64,000 nucleotides of DNA from an uncultured Gammaproteobacteria bacterium (GTDB taxonomy: Bacteria; Patescibacteriota; Microgenomatia; Levybacterales; GWA1-39-11), in contig CAYRKM010000001.1 of NCBI GenBank assembly GCA_964425075.1, positions 331,060 through 395,059 on the forward strand. Reading direction: 5' to 3'. Position 1 is the first letter of the stretch; each line of letters begins with the position of its first letter. Made by a program: the position numbers and the translations under genes. Below the pieces are notes generated by a model. It was not told the DNA's origin. It made no database searches and worked only from the letters and a program-made list of their open reading frames with translations. Of the stretch, positions 17,092 to 28,163 are shown piece by piece.

Positions 17092-18966
17092 TTACCAGTA
17101 TTCGTTATTAAGGATACTAGTGTCAATATTATTTTTATCCAATATCTCTTGAGGCAATTCAAAAATAAACCTTGAAGGAGTTGTTGTATTTCTCTGCCCA
17201 AAAATAACTCGCTGTTGAGCATAGGTGAGATAAAGATGCTCTTTCGCACGCGTTACGCCAACATAGCAAAGTCTTCTTTCTTCTTCTAACTCTCCATAGT
17301 CAAATAAAGCTTGCGCATGAGGAAATACTCCTTCCTCCATTCCAACTATAAAAATCATCTTGAATTCCAAACCCTTTGCAGCATGCATAGTCATAAAAGT
17401 TACAGCATTATTTGATTCGACTATGTTTTTATCAGGCATGTATTCTTGTTCTACAAGCGCGACATTCTCGAGAAAAAGCGAAAGATTATCAAATTCCAGG
17501 GCAACGGAGCGAAGTTCTTTTATATTCTCAAGTCTTGTCCTGTCCTCGCTATCAGTTTCATCATAGCGTTCAAGATATGAAGTTTTTTTAAGAATCTCAT
17601 CCAGGATATCTATCGTTGTTTTTTCCTCTATATAATTTTTCTCGTCAAATTCCTTTTTATATTTCTCAAATTCCTCAAACCGTTTCTTTCCAAGTTTTTG
17701 TAGTCTCTTAAGAGCTACCATATCTTGTGGATTTGAGAGAAATGACAAATATGACAATACGTCTTTAACTTCTCGTCTTTCATAGAATCTTACCCCACCA
17801 ATCAATTTATAGGGAATGCTGTGATGCAGAAAAACCTCTTCAAGAGTACGGGATTGTGCGTTCATACGATAAAGAATTGCCACATCAGATAATTTAAAAT
17901 CAGAATCTCTTCTTTGCATTTCCTTTATTTTTTGAATGACAAATTCTGCTTCTCGGTGTTCGTTCTCAGCTTCAAATATTGTAATTTCGTCCCCCTTTTT
18001 GTTATCCGTCCATAGTTCTAGAACAGGATGAGAGTTATTGTTTTTTATAATTGAATATGCAGCATCCAAAATTACCTGCGTTGATCGATAGTTTCTTGAC
18101 AGTTTGAAAACTTTACTTTCAGGAAAATCCTGACTAAATTTTTCAAGGTTTTTATAGTCCGCCCCTCGAAAACTATAAATACTTTGAGAGAAGTCCCCAA
18201 CAATGCAAATATTTTTTTGAGGGCCAGCAAGATATTTAGTGAGTTGATATTGTGCTTGATTCGTGTCCTGATACTCGTCGACCATAATATATTTAAAACG
18301 CTCTTGATATTGAGATAGTGTTGGCTTTGATTCTTTAAATAGAGTTATGGTTTTTAGTAAAAGATCATCAAAATCTAGCGCATTTCTTTCTGCAAGCATT
18401 GTTTGGTAAAGTGGATAAACCTTTGCAATTCTCTCCTGAGTAAATCCTCTTGCGTATTTTTCATACATTTCATCTGTAATCATTTGGTTTTTGGCGCTAG
18501 AAATTGCTTGGAGGGCGGCTTTGGGGCGGACTTCTTTGATGGAAATATCAAGAATTTCAAACGCGTCTTTTATGGTATCTAATTGATCTTGAGTGTCATA
18601 AATTACAAAATTATGGGGAATTCCAATTGCAATTCCACTTCGTCTTAAAATTCTTGCACATAAAGAATGAAATGTTGCAATGGTTGGCTCTGTTGTAAGA
18701 GATAAATCATATGCATTAAGGGCATTACTAATTCTTTCCTTCATTTCTCCAGCTGCTTTATTGGAGAATGTAACCATCAAAATATTAAGGGGCTCAATTT
18801 TTTTCTCAACAATAAGATACAAGACCTTATGAACAAGAACTCTTGTTTTTCCACTACCCGCACCCGCTAGAATGATGGTAGGACCGTCAGTATATAGTAC
18901 AGCCTCTTGCTGTTCCTTATTGAGCTTGTTGATTCCGATTATATCGGGATTGAGAATGTCATTCAT
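17092..18966 (-). CDS. pcrA: ATP-dependent DNA helicase UvrD/PcrA
   Basis: LAGAGSGKTRV, TFHSLC, DFDDLL, VDEYQDTN, VGDFSQSIYSFRGA, NYRST, HAAKGLEF, EEERRLCYVG. Confidence 0.95.
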   Translation of the reverse strand: MNDILNPDIIGINKLNKEQQEAVLYTDGPTIILAGAGSGKTRVLVHKVLYLIVEKKIEPLNILMVTFSNKAAGEMKERISNALNAYDLSLTTEPTIATFHSLCARILRRSGIAIGIPHNFVIYDTQDQLDTIKDAFEILDISIKEVRPKAALQAISSAKNQMITDEMYEKYARGFTQERIAKVYPLYQTMLAERNALDFDDLLLKTITLFKESKPTLSQYQERFKYIMVDEYQDTNQAQYQLTKYLAGPQKNICIVGDFSQSIYSFRGADYKNLEKFSQDFPESKVFKLSRNYRSTQVILDAAYSIIKNNNSHPVLELWTDNKKGDEITIFEAENEHREAEFVIQKIKEMQRRDSDFKLSDVAILYRMNAQSRTLEEVFLHHSIPYKLIGGVRFYERREVKDVLSYLSFLSNPQDMVALKRLQKLGKKRFEEFEKYKKEFDEKNYIEEKTTIDILDEILKKTSYLERYDETDSEDRTRLENIKELRSVALEFDNLSLFLENVALVEQEYMPDKNIVESNNAVTFMTMHAAKGLEFKMIFIVGMEEGVFPHAQALFDYGELEEERRLCYVGVTRAKEHLYLTYAQQRVIFGQRNTTTPSRFIFELPQEILDKNNIDTSILNNEYW

Positions 18967-19033
18967 AACTTGATATAATTAATTAGTTTTAAGCGTTGTG
19001 TAATTACTTATTATATACGATAGAATTTTTTCC

Positions 19034-19708
19034 ATGGATCAAAAATTAATTATTGCAAACTGGAAATCTCACAAAACAGTGGACGAGGCAATTAAGTTCT
19101 TTGAATACATGAGGGACAATATATCTCATATTGATCTCACAAATAAAGAAATTATTATTGCTCCTCCCTTTACGTTACTTGCCAAATGTCGACATCTTAT
19201 CAAGGAGTACGACCTGCCCTTGCGCTTAGCCGGTCAGAATGTTTCTGCATTTCCAGAAGGGGCTTATACGGGTGAAGTGAATGCAAAGCAAATCAAGGAA
19301 TTTGCAGAATACGTTATTGTGGGGCACTCTGAGAGAAGGAAATACTTACGCGAGAGCGAAGTAGATATTGAGAACAAAATTAAAGAGGCTAAAGATCAAG
19401 ATTTGCTTGTTATCCAATGTATCCAAGATGAAAAAAGCAAACTTCATAAAGATTCTGATGTGATTGCATTTGAACCTCCAAATGCTATTTCTACCTTTGG
19501 AGTCGGCGAGCCCGACTCGCCAGAGGACATTAAGAGGGTTTTTGGTTCGGTTGGAGAGCAACTTAACGGAAGGAAGATTTTATATGGTGGAAGTGTAAGC
19601 GAGGTTAACATATCTACATATGTTCAAATTCAATCTTGTGGAGGATTTCTTGTTGGTGGAGCAAGTCTTGAACCAGAATCTTTAATTTCACTTCTTAAAC
19701 AATGGTAG
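19034..19708 (+). CDS. tpiA: Triosephosphate isomerase (short form)
   Basis: ANWK, GAYTGE, VGHSERR, AFEP, LYGGSV, GFLVGGASL. Confidence 0.93.
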   Translation: MDQKLIIANWKSHKTVDEAIKFFEYMRDNISHIDLTNKEIIIAPPFTLLAKCRHLIKEYDLPLRLAGQNVSAFPEGAYTGEVNAKQIKEFAEYVIVGHSERRKYLRESEVDIENKIKEAKDQDLLVIQCIQDEKSKLHKDSDVIAFEPPNAISTFGVGEPDSPEDIKRVFGSVGEQLNGRKILYGGSVSEVNISTYVQIQSCGGFLVGGASLEPESLISLLKQW

Positions 19709-20844
19709 AAAAAAAATCCCTAACACGAAAAAAAGGAATTATTCTAGCTGGTGTTATTCTATTAATTTTTATAGGAATTTTTAGAATTCAGATTGTTCAA
19801 GTTGCAACTTTTTTGTTTGGTGTAACAATTGATAAAACAATAAACTTAGTAAAAAACGATCAGTCATTTAATATTCTCTTATTGGGAAAGGCGGGAGGAG
19901 TTCATGATGGGCCAGAGTTAACAGATACGATTATTTTTGCAAATGTAAATGTTGGGGATAATAAGGTCAATATGTTTTCTATCCCACGGGATTTGTGGAT
20001 GCCCGATCTTAAGGCAAAGATAAACTCTTCTTACCAGAGAGGTTTAAAAAACGATAAAGAATTAGAAGTAGCAAGAGATGCTATTGAAAAAGTAACTGGA
20101 CAGAGAATAGATTATGTTTTTGTTCTTGATTTTGCAGGATTTACAAAATTAGTTGACCATTTAAATGGAATTGATGTGTCGGTAGAAAACTCTTTTACAG
20201 ATGAGGAATATCCGATAACTGGAAAAGAAGATGACACCTGTGGAAAATCAGAAGAAGAGCTTGTTGCATTAGCAACTGCCTCATCTCAGCTTGAAGCATT
20301 TCCTTGTAGATATAAAAGTATACATTTCAATCAAGGGATCCAGAGGATGAATGGGGAGACTGCTCTCGAATTTGTAAGGTCACGTCATGGAACAAATGGT
20401 GAGGGAAGCGATTTTGCTCGAAGCAAACGTCAGCAGCAAATAATTTCTGCAGTAAGAGAAAAAGTATTTTCTCTTGGTGTGGTTTTGAATCCTGTTAAAG
20501 TAATTGGAATTTTTAATATTTTGAAAGACAACATTGATACGGATATTGATATTGAAAAAGTAGATGACTTTATAAAATTGGCAAAAAAAATGCAGGGTGG
20601 GCAAATAAAAAATTATGTAATCGATGATGGAAATGAGTCAGACGAGAGGTATGGTCTTCTTGAAAACCCAAGAATTACAAGCGAATATTCTTATCAATAT
20701 GTATTAATTCCGCGCCGTGGGAATGGTGACTTTTCTGAGGTGCACGAGTATGTTCAGTGCATTATTGACGGTAAAGATTGCTTAGTTGGTGAGACTACTC
20801 TTATTGTGCAAACTCCAACTCCAACAAAAAAACCAACTCGCTAA
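19702..20844 (+). CDS. LCP (LytR-CpsA-Psr) family protein
   Basis: N-terminal TM; NILLLG, LTDTII, SIPRDLW, ALEFVRSRH, SDFARSKRQQ. Confidence 0.93.
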   Translation: MVEKKSLTRKKGIILAGVILLIFIGIFRIQIVQVATFLFGVTIDKTINLVKNDQSFNILLLGKAGGVHDGPELTDTIIFANVNVGDNKVNMFSIPRDLWMPDLKAKINSSYQRGLKNDKELEVARDAIEKVTGQRIDYVFVLDFAGFTKLVDHLNGIDVSVENSFTDEEYPITGKEDDTCGKSEEELVALATASSQLEAFPCRYKSIHFNQGIQRMNGETALEFVRSRHGTNGEGSDFARSKRQQQIISAVREKVFSLGVVLNPVKVIGIFNILKDNIDTDIDIEKVDDFIKLAKKMQGGQIKNYVIDDGNESDERYGLLENPRITSEYSYQYVLIPRRGNGDFSEVHEYVQCIIDGKDCLVGETTLIVQTPTPTKKPTR

Positions 20845-20922
20845 GTAATTTTTTTTGAGTTTATTTTTACAAAAGGTGAGGACAAAAACTAACTTCTTCT
20901 TTAAAATACTTAGATTTTTAAG

Positions 20923-23073
20923 TTAGAGCATCTTATAAATTTTTGTTGTCCCGTTTTGATAAACAAGAGTTCCCAATACTAAAAACTTTTTTTCATTAAG
21001 AAGTGGATATTTGCTCCTTTCAAGATCTCCAATGTAGATATAGGAGATATTATATTTTTGAATCAATTGTTTTGTTTTATCAATGTCGTCTTCATAAAGC
21101 GCTCTTACATCGTCAAGTCTTGACTGAGGATATTTGTAGTCTCCTCGCCAAAGCCATTCGTGCACTGTCCACCCGAGAACAGTCGGAAGGCCAGTGTTAG
21201 CAGAAATTCTTCCATAATCTGAGTAAGAGTCTCCTTGAGACTCCAAGATAACTGGTTGCTCGGAAATATTGCTATTAATCCACATGATTGCATCAAAGTC
21301 ATTTGGGTGTACCTTTTTAAGATATGTGATTCCATTAATTCCTTTATAGTTTTTGAAATTATCAAAGTAAGAGGAGACAGCAAAATATGGATAAATGAGA
21401 ATTAGACAGATCAATACAGTTGAAATCGGTAACCAGACGATTTTTTTTGCCGTATGGAGAAGGTATGTAATTGAAAAAGCGGAAACGAGGGATAACATAA
21501 TAAATGCTTGATATCCGAGCTTGAACATTGTATTTGCTCTATAGTGCGCTGGGTAGATATCTTTGGCATAGACGAATTCCGGCGTAATTATCAAAAGAAA
21601 AGAAATAATAATTAAAAGAAGTAAATAAATAAGGCTTGATTGTATTTTTTTCAAACTAAAGATTTTTATACATAAGGCAACTGAAAATATTAAAAAGAAT
21701 CCATACAAAACGACAATCATCCACAAGGGAGATCTCTGGCAGTGGTTTGCTTCAAAAAGTACTGGGCCGATATTGCCAAGCTTTGTAAGAAATTCTGGAG
21801 CACAAATGACACCAAATCCTGAAACAAACGGTTTGAAATTTATATTGAAGGGAAATGAAAAAACAAAATACCCGATTCCTGTGAGGAGTATGTATTTAAA
21901 TGAATGCAATAGATAGGAATTTTTGTTTTTAATTTCTTTAATAGAGCTTTTTATTATTCTAAAATAAATTTTATTATGTTTTGAATGTGAAATTTTTAGT
22001 ATTGGTAGATTAAGGACAAGAATTGCAAAGGTTAATAATCCAAAATAGATAATTCCATCCCATGCATTGGTCATATACATTATAGACAGAAGAAATGAAG
22101 CTAAAATTATTAATTTAGCATCTACTCTTTGTTTTAGGAAGAAAGTTAGAATAAGCGCAAGTGAAAGAAAAACGAAGGGAATATCAAGCACGTGGCCATG
22201 CAGATCGGAAACGACAAAGGAATAAGAAGGGAATTCATGTATGGTAAATGGTATAAAGCGAGTTGCATTAGGGTACCAATATTCATTAGGAAAATTAAAG
22301 GGATTAAATCCTAATTTCCAAAATGGAAGGGGAGATTCTGGTGGGCTATAGGGTTTAAATAGAGAATATAGTGTGTGAAGATTTCCCCCAAGTGAGGTTA
22401 TTATTCCTGCCAATATTCCAGTTACTATGCTTGTTTTTCTTTTTTTAATTACTTCAAAAGTAAGAGTTGCGACAATTGAAAAGGATGACACAATTGTGAA
22501 AGCAAAAATAGTTGATAGCATGAGATTGTAGGAAATATATGAAGGGAGCTGTGAAAGCTTTGTAAGAACTGCTGTTGTAAGATGCCCAAAATAGTAATAA
22601 TTGATGGGTTCTGGAGTAAACCACATGTCTTGCGGAGGAAAGTAAGTGCTTCGCAATATGGAATTTATAAAACCAAAATCCATATATTTCTCAAGGCCAT
22701 AAATATCAGGTTGATAGCCTTTTACTAAGGACCAAACGGAAAGCGATATAAAGAAAAGAATTTCCTCAAATACAAATAGATAAAGCATTTTTTTCTTAAT
22801 ATTGCCAACACCTCTCTTTCTAATAAGAAAAACATTTGCAATAATAGCAATGAAAATAACGCTATAAACACTCCACAAATTAAATGGAAGGATATGTAGA
22901 AGTCCTCCTAAAAAGATTAAATAAGAAATAATTACTATCCCAAGAATTTTTGAAAATATATATCCTAAATCGATAAATTTTGAAAATATGGAGGTTGTAA
23001 ATGGAAGGAATATTAGACCAAGAATAAAGAAGTAGAGCCACCACTGAATAACAAAAAAGAAATCCGCATTCAT
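20923..23073 (-). CDS. DUF2298 / YYY-domain GT-C-like membrane protein
   Basis: EKYMDFGFINS, PPQDMW, NYYYFGH, IHEFPSYSF..SDLHGH, RANTMFK, TGLPTVLGW..HE..WR. Confidence 0.85.
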   Translation of the reverse strand: MNADFFFVIQWWLYFFILGLIFLPFTTSIFSKFIDLGYIFSKILGIVIISYLIFLGGLLHILPFNLWSVYSVIFIAIIANVFLIRKRGVGNIKKKMLYLFVFEEILFFISLSVWSLVKGYQPDIYGLEKYMDFGFINSILRSTYFPPQDMWFTPEPINYYYFGHLTTAVLTKLSQLPSYISYNLMLSTIFAFTIVSSFSIVATLTFEVIKKRKTSIVTGILAGIITSLGGNLHTLYSLFKPYSPPESPLPFWKLGFNPFNFPNEYWYPNATRFIPFTIHEFPSYSFVVSDLHGHVLDIPFVFLSLALILTFFLKQRVDAKLIILASFLLSIMYMTNAWDGIIYFGLLTFAILVLNLPILKISHSKHNKIYFRIIKSSIKEIKNKNSYLLHSFKYILLTGIGYFVFSFPFNINFKPFVSGFGVICAPEFLTKLGNIGPVLFEANHCQRSPLWMIVVLYGFFLIFSVALCIKIFSLKKIQSSLIYLLLLIIISFLLIITPEFVYAKDIYPAHYRANTMFKLGYQAFIMLSLVSAFSITYLLHTAKKIVWLPISTVLICLILIYPYFAVSSYFDNFKNYKGINGITYLKKVHPNDFDAIMWINSNISEQPVILESQGDSYSDYGRISANTGLPTVLGWTVHEWLWRGDYKYPQSRLDDVRALYEDDIDKTKQLIQKYNISYIYIGDLERSKYPLLNEKKFLVLGTLVYQNGTTKIYKML

Positions 23074-23074
23074 G

Positions 23075-23650
23075 TTACAAATAATTATTTATAAAATCAG
23101 ACAAATCTTTAATTGGTATTATGCCTTGAGGAACCTCCCTTTTGGGGATCTTGCCATTGTGTATCCAAAAAAGTCTCAATGATGGGATTTTTTTTGATAA
23201 ATATATTGCTAAATCGAGGTCATCATCAATATAAGTGTCAATTTTTAGTTTTCTTATTGTTTGTTCTTTAAATTTGTGAGGTTGTAAATTATTATAATTG
23301 AAATATGCATTGGTGAAATATTGATCTAGTTTTTCTTTTGCTAACAATTCTTCCGTTCTTTTTTTTAGAAAACCAAAACGGCTTGATACTAAATAGGTCT
23401 TGCAGTTCTTTTGTCGGCAGATTCTCTTTAATGCCTTTATATTTTTATCAATCGGGTGACGAAAAATAGGAGCATGAGATAGTATGCGTAATTTTTGCTC
23501 TATGGTTCCCGGAAAACGGTAGGTTAATTCCTCTTTATCATTCTGCTTTCTAAAATAAGAATTTCCTCTATATAAAAGTTCAATTAAAAAACCAGGTACA
23601 AAAGGTGGGTAATTAATAAATACTTTATCAAAATCAAATCCTATTACCAT
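23075..23650 (-). CDS. HAD-superfamily (5'-nucleotidase-like) hydrolase
   Basis: IGFDFDKV motif I, LVSSR, K, YIDD motif IV. Confidence 0.7.
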   Translation of the reverse strand: MVIGFDFDKVFINYPPFVPGFLIELLYRGNSYFRKQNDKEELTYRFPGTIEQKLRILSHAPIFRHPIDKNIKALKRICRQKNCKTYLVSSRFGFLKKRTEELLAKEKLDQYFTNAYFNYNNLQPHKFKEQTIRKLKIDTYIDDDLDLAIYLSKKIPSLRLFWIHNGKIPKREVPQGIIPIKDLSDFINNYL

Positions 23651-23747
23651 AATTTATATGAAGAAAAGTATTTTATACTTTTCTGGAATAAAAACTAGCA
23701 ACATTTCTATTTTTTTACAGTAATGTAAAAAATTATACGGAACTAGC

Positions 23748-24803
23748 TTATTTAAAAAATTTTTGTGCTATTTCTACTAATTTAAAATTCCATACTGTTC
23801 TGTGCGTCGTTCCTTCTTTTCCTAAAAATTCTTTCCTGTGTATTTTATACCAATCATAACTTTCAATTAAAATATCCTTGTTACTTTTGGTTGCTTTGTA
23901 GTCAAGTTTTTTTTCAGCTTTTTCTGTACTGACGTAGGAATTTACGGGAAAAGTTTTATAGTGCCAAGCTACTAGAGGTGAGAGATTAAAATATTCCAAT
24001 ATGGAAAGTGCTAATTGAGTGGGTTTAACTGGGAGCGCAATAATTTTTGATCTGGATTTAGCATGTCTTATTAAGGTGCTTAGGTCTTGTCTCCAAGTTC
24101 CAAATTCTTTCGCTCCAATATTAAAGATCTGTCCATCTACTTTTTTGGTAAGAGCAGATTCTATGGCTACACAGAGATCTTGAACTTCTAGAAGTTGGTA
24201 AAGATTGTTTCCGTTTCCTAATATAAAAACAGGACGGTTTGAAAATATTGCCTCAAACCAAATAGTGAAAACCCCGAGTCGTTCCGGTCCTAAAAAAGAC
24301 TTTGGTCGGAGAATGTTTACAGATAGACCCTTTTTGTAAAAAGAAAGACATAATTCTTCTGCTTTAGCTTTTGATTCACCATAGTGTCCGATTGGATATA
24401 TTTTATCCGTTTCCTTTTCTGGTAGAGTTCGTGGTATTCCATACATTGCAGTAGAAGATATGAATACGACACGCTTTACTTTATTTTTTAAAGAAGAGGA
24501 TAATACATTTTTTGTACCATTTACATTAACATCAAATATGTATTTTCTGTCGTGATGAATAGGAAGAGCTGCCGCTGCGTGTACGACATAATCAATACCT
24601 TCTAAGGCCATTTCAACATCTTTTAAATTTCTAATGTCAGTTTTTATAACTCTAGTTTTGCTAACCAAATCGGTAGCTGTTAAATCTTGGGTATCAAGAA
24701 GAGTTACTTTATAGCCGCGTTTTAAAAGAAAACGACATAAATGTACACCCAAAAATCCTGTTCCGCCTGTTATTAAAACTGTTGGGGTTTTCCCTTTTTT
24801 CAT
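23748..24803 (-). CDS. NAD-dependent epimerase/dehydratase (extended SDR)
   Basis: LITGGTGFLG, VVHAAA, NVNGT, FISST, YGESK; start MKKGK at 24803 from TACAAT-7-ATG. Confidence 0.9.
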   Translation of the reverse strand: MKKGKTPTVLITGGTGFLGVHLCRFLLKRGYKVTLLDTQDLTATDLVSKTRVIKTDIRNLKDVEMALEGIDYVVHAAAALPIHHDRKYIFDVNVNGTKNVLSSSLKNKVKRVVFISSTAMYGIPRTLPEKETDKIYPIGHYGESKAKAEELCLSFYKKGLSVNILRPKSFLGPERLGVFTIWFEAIFSNRPVFILGNGNNLYQLLEVQDLCVAIESALTKKVDGQIFNIGAKEFGTWRQDLSTLIRHAKSRSKIIALPVKPTQLALSILEYFNLSPLVAWHYKTFPVNSYVSTEKAEKKLDYKATKSNKDILIESYDWYKIHRKEFLGKEGTTHRTVWNFKLVEIAQKFFK

Positions 24804-24875
24804 AACGCTAATTGTATAGTTTTTTATGCTCAATAAGCAAGCCTGCTTGCGTCTTTTTAAAAAGCAAAAATAGTA

Positions 24876-26573
24876 TTATTTGATCTTTTTAAAGATTAAT
24901 ACTTTTGGATGATCAAAAACTGTGAAATTTTCATCTGATGAAAAATCATTGATGTAAATTGGAAATAAAGGAATTTTTGGTTGAGATGTGAATTCAGCAA
25001 CTTTCTTGAATCCTAATTTTTCATCAAACAAATTTTTATAGTACTTAGCAGTTAGAGGGTAGCAGTACCCTGGCTTAACTGATTTACAATCCCCTAATTT
25101 TTGCAATGGAGCATAAATTCTGTGAGAGGAAAGAATAATATAATCTGTGCTTTCAAGTATTCTATAGATATTTTCCCATTTTTTCTGGGTGTCTTTTTCA
25201 TATAGTGAGAGTTGAATTGTATTATATTTTTCAAATCCCTCAAGCGGTAGGGAATCATCCCAATATTCTGTTGCAATTACACTTCCTTCAGGAATATTTT
25301 TTAATATCCAATCTGTGGCTTGAATGCGAGTATTTGGAGAGGTATAAATTGATAAAAAAGACAACGGATATAAAAGACAAAGAAATACAAATATAAATAA
25401 AAGTAGTTTTCTAGAAAAATATGACGCAAGATATTTTTTAGGAATAAGAGGCATAGCTATTTCGTTAATAAAATATCCTGCAGTAATTGCAAAAAAAGGA
25501 TAGAGGGGTAACATATATCTCATATATCCTACAGCAAAACTACCAAATGCAATAAAATAAATTCCTGCAAATATAAATAACACTAAATTGACAGACCTAT
25601 TCCCTTTTTTCCTAAGTTTAGTTAAATAAAGAAAAACTCCCGCAAAGGAAAGAGACGAGATAATTGGTCCAAGTCCCCACCAAAAAATATTTGTAAGCTC
25701 ATATACGTAGGGGGTTTTGTTGACATACTGCAATGTATATGGAAAAAGATACGGATTTCGCGACATCTGAGTTTGTAGTGAAGTTTGTTTCAGAAATTCC
25801 TTCCAGTCGATGATTACATAAGGTTGGGTAATTAAAAAAATAATTACAGCGATAATTCCAGATAGAAATAAATAAAGAAGAGTTTTGTAAATGGTTTTTT
25901 TGCTTTGTCTGCGTTTTAAAAATAAAAACAATAACGACAATGCTATTGCGGGCCCTAGGATTAGTGCGCTTACTTTAGTTGCAAGAGCAAGGCCAATGCA
26001 AACTCCAAGCAAGGTTCCTAAAAGGCGACTGGGTGTATTTAGAAATTCTATAAAGATAAGCACAGAAGAAAGCAGGAGAAAAGTAAGAATTGTATCAACT
26101 GCAAAAAAATGAGAGAGTTGCATTGGAAGAACAGAAATACTATAGAAGAAAGCTGCAAAAAGGCCTGTTCTTGCTGAGAACAATCTTTTGGCAATTAAAA
26201 AAACCAAAAAAATTGTGGCAGTATCAAATATTGCTGACAGAATTCTTCCTACGATATGCATGCCCCCATACTCATTTAGAAGGGGGTTAAGGTGTGAGGC
26301 TAGAGTGGAAATTCCCCTAAGCAAATAAATAGGAAAGTTGCCGTAAGAGAAGAAATGAGGGTTCAATGGACTTTGTGGTGAAAGGAATTCAGTAAGGGAT
26401 GATGGGGATGAAAGTTGAACTGCAAACATTATTATTGCTCGTTCATCAGGATGAAAATAATAATTATTATCCCAATTTATATTAAAGGTTCTAAAATAAA
26501 AACCTAGAAGTATTATTAGAAAAAGGTAAAAGAATGTTTTGTGTTTACGAATTCGTGAAATTAATGCGTTCAT
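24876..26573 (-). CDS. GT-C glycosyltransferase (PMT_2/ArnT-like)
   Basis: FHPDER, PHFFSYG, SHFFAVD, GLALATK, RYMLP, EYWDD, FTVFDHP. Confidence 0.85.
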   Translation of the reverse strand: MNALISRIRKHKTFFYLFLIILLGFYFRTFNINWDNNYYFHPDERAIIMFAVQLSSPSSLTEFLSPQSPLNPHFFSYGNFPIYLLRGISTLASHLNPLLNEYGGMHIVGRILSAIFDTATIFLVFLIAKRLFSARTGLFAAFFYSISVLPMQLSHFFAVDTILTFLLLSSVLIFIEFLNTPSRLLGTLLGVCIGLALATKVSALILGPAIALSLLFLFLKRRQSKKTIYKTLLYLFLSGIIAVIIFLITQPYVIIDWKEFLKQTSLQTQMSRNPYLFPYTLQYVNKTPYVYELTNIFWWGLGPIISSLSFAGVFLYLTKLRKKGNRSVNLVLFIFAGIYFIAFGSFAVGYMRYMLPLYPFFAITAGYFINEIAMPLIPKKYLASYFSRKLLLFIFVFLCLLYPLSFLSIYTSPNTRIQATDWILKNIPEGSVIATEYWDDSLPLEGFEKYNTIQLSLYEKDTQKKWENIYRILESTDYIILSSHRIYAPLQKLGDCKSVKPGYCYPLTAKYYKNLFDEKLGFKKVAEFTSQPKIPLFPIYINDFSSDENFTVFDHPKVLIFKKIK

Positions 26574-26576
26574 GAT

Positions 26577-28163
26577 TTATCTAATTTTTTTATAAATAGA
26601 TACTGTTGGTCTATCAAACACGCTAGTTGTTTCCTCGGAAGTAAAAATTGGATTACCAAAATATAGAATGTTGCACCAAATAGAACATTGGGTTTCATAG
26701 ATCTTTCTAAAATTTCCCTTTTCATAATAAAGTTTTGAATAAAAGTCATATCCTTTTGGAAATAGGGTTGGATTTGAAAGTCTAGATTTTAGTATTCTCT
26801 GACTTGGAAGAAGAACATAATCTGCGTTATTTAAAAGTAGATGGAGCTCATCTTCTGCATGAGTTTTTTCATCTAAAGTATAAAAATCAAAAAGTACTAT
26901 ATTCGATAAGTTTCTATTGAATGCAATAATACCCAAATCATACTGTTCGCTTAAAACGAGAGAATTTGGTGGAATATTTTTCGATGCCCAGGAGGAAGCT
27001 TTGATTACTGTGGATTCTTTGGTTAGCAATATATATGAAAGTGCATGAATAAAAGATATAGCAATCGTAAAACCTATTAAAATATATGCACCTTTTTTTA
27101 TGGTGTCGTTTTTTGTTTTAAGAAGTGAGCTTAAGAAAATACTTACAAGAAGATATATAAAGGGAAGTGTTGGCAACATATATCTGCTCCATTTAGCAAA
27201 GAGAACTGTTTGTGGAATAAATAGAATCAAAAAACCCAAAAGCGTGAGTAGTATTTTTTTATTTCGCGTTCTAATAAAGGGAATAATTGCACTAACGATA
27301 CTAAGCGGAAGCAAAAGCGTGACGATTGGATTTATCAAAAAAGGGAAGATGTCGGTAAGATGATATAAAATAGGAGTAGTTTTATTAAAGGATTGAGTGT
27401 AAAAAACATCAAGAGAGCCGGTTACTACACCCCTTTCGTATTTTATAAGGTTTAAAAAATCAGGAGTTGTATAGTAAGGAGAAAGGATAAATACGAATGC
27501 AAAAGAGACAATTCCAAATAATAAATATAAGATAAAAAACTTTTTAGTTATATCTTTTTCTCTTAGTAAAAAAAACAATGGTAGAGAAATGATGGGGAAA
27601 AATGAAATACTCGTAATTTTTGCACTAGCAGCAACACAAAGTGAGATGGCCGCAAAATAGAAATACTTTCCTTTTTTGTATTTTACTAATAATAGTGAAA
27701 AGTAAAATGAAAGCGAAATCCAGAAAGCAATAAAAGTGTCATATGTTCCAAAATGAGCGTTTTGTATAAGGCCAGTTGAAAATGCTGCAAGACTTAGTGC
27801 GATAAATCCTATTTTTTTTGAAAATAAATTTCCGGTTTTGTAGATTATAATTAAAGTTAATGCGGAAAAAATAACAGATGTTAATCTAAGAATAAGCGTT
27901 GATAGTACGAAAACGTTAATGGGTAGGTTAAAGTTTAAAAGTATAAGTCTGGGTACTTGAAGAAAAAGAGAAGGAAAATTCCCGTAAGAAAAAGTACCCT
28001 TAAATAAATAAGATGGAAATTTTTCGAATGGATCAAGAGACAAGAGAGATGCTATATTTCTTTCGTCGGGATGAAAATAAAAGGGTGCCCCCCAATTAAT
28101 ATTTATTATTCGTAAGATAAAACCAGTTGCAATTAATAGAAAAACGAAGTTTATTTTTTTCAT
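26577..28163 (-). CDS. GT-C glycosyltransferase (PMT_2/ArnT-like), paralog of the neighbour
   Basis: FHPDERNI, FSYGNFP, AHFGTYD, RYMLP, VFDRP. Confidence 0.85.
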   Translation of the reverse strand: MKKINFVFLLIATGFILRIININWGAPFYFHPDERNIASLLSLDPFEKFPSYLFKGTFSYGNFPSLFLQVPRLILLNFNLPINVFVLSTLILRLTSVIFSALTLIIIYKTGNLFSKKIGFIALSLAAFSTGLIQNAHFGTYDTFIAFWISLSFYFSLLLVKYKKGKYFYFAAISLCVAASAKITSISFFPIISLPLFFLLREKDITKKFFILYLLFGIVSFAFVFILSPYYTTPDFLNLIKYERGVVTGSLDVFYTQSFNKTTPILYHLTDIFPFLINPIVTLLLPLSIVSAIIPFIRTRNKKILLTLLGFLILFIPQTVLFAKWSRYMLPTLPFIYLLVSIFLSSLLKTKNDTIKKGAYILIGFTIAISFIHALSYILLTKESTVIKASSWASKNIPPNSLVLSEQYDLGIIAFNRNLSNIVLFDFYTLDEKTHAEDELHLLLNNADYVLLPSQRILKSRLSNPTLFPKGYDFYSKLYYEKGNFRKIYETQCSIWCNILYFGNPIFTSEETTSVFDRPTVSIYKKIR

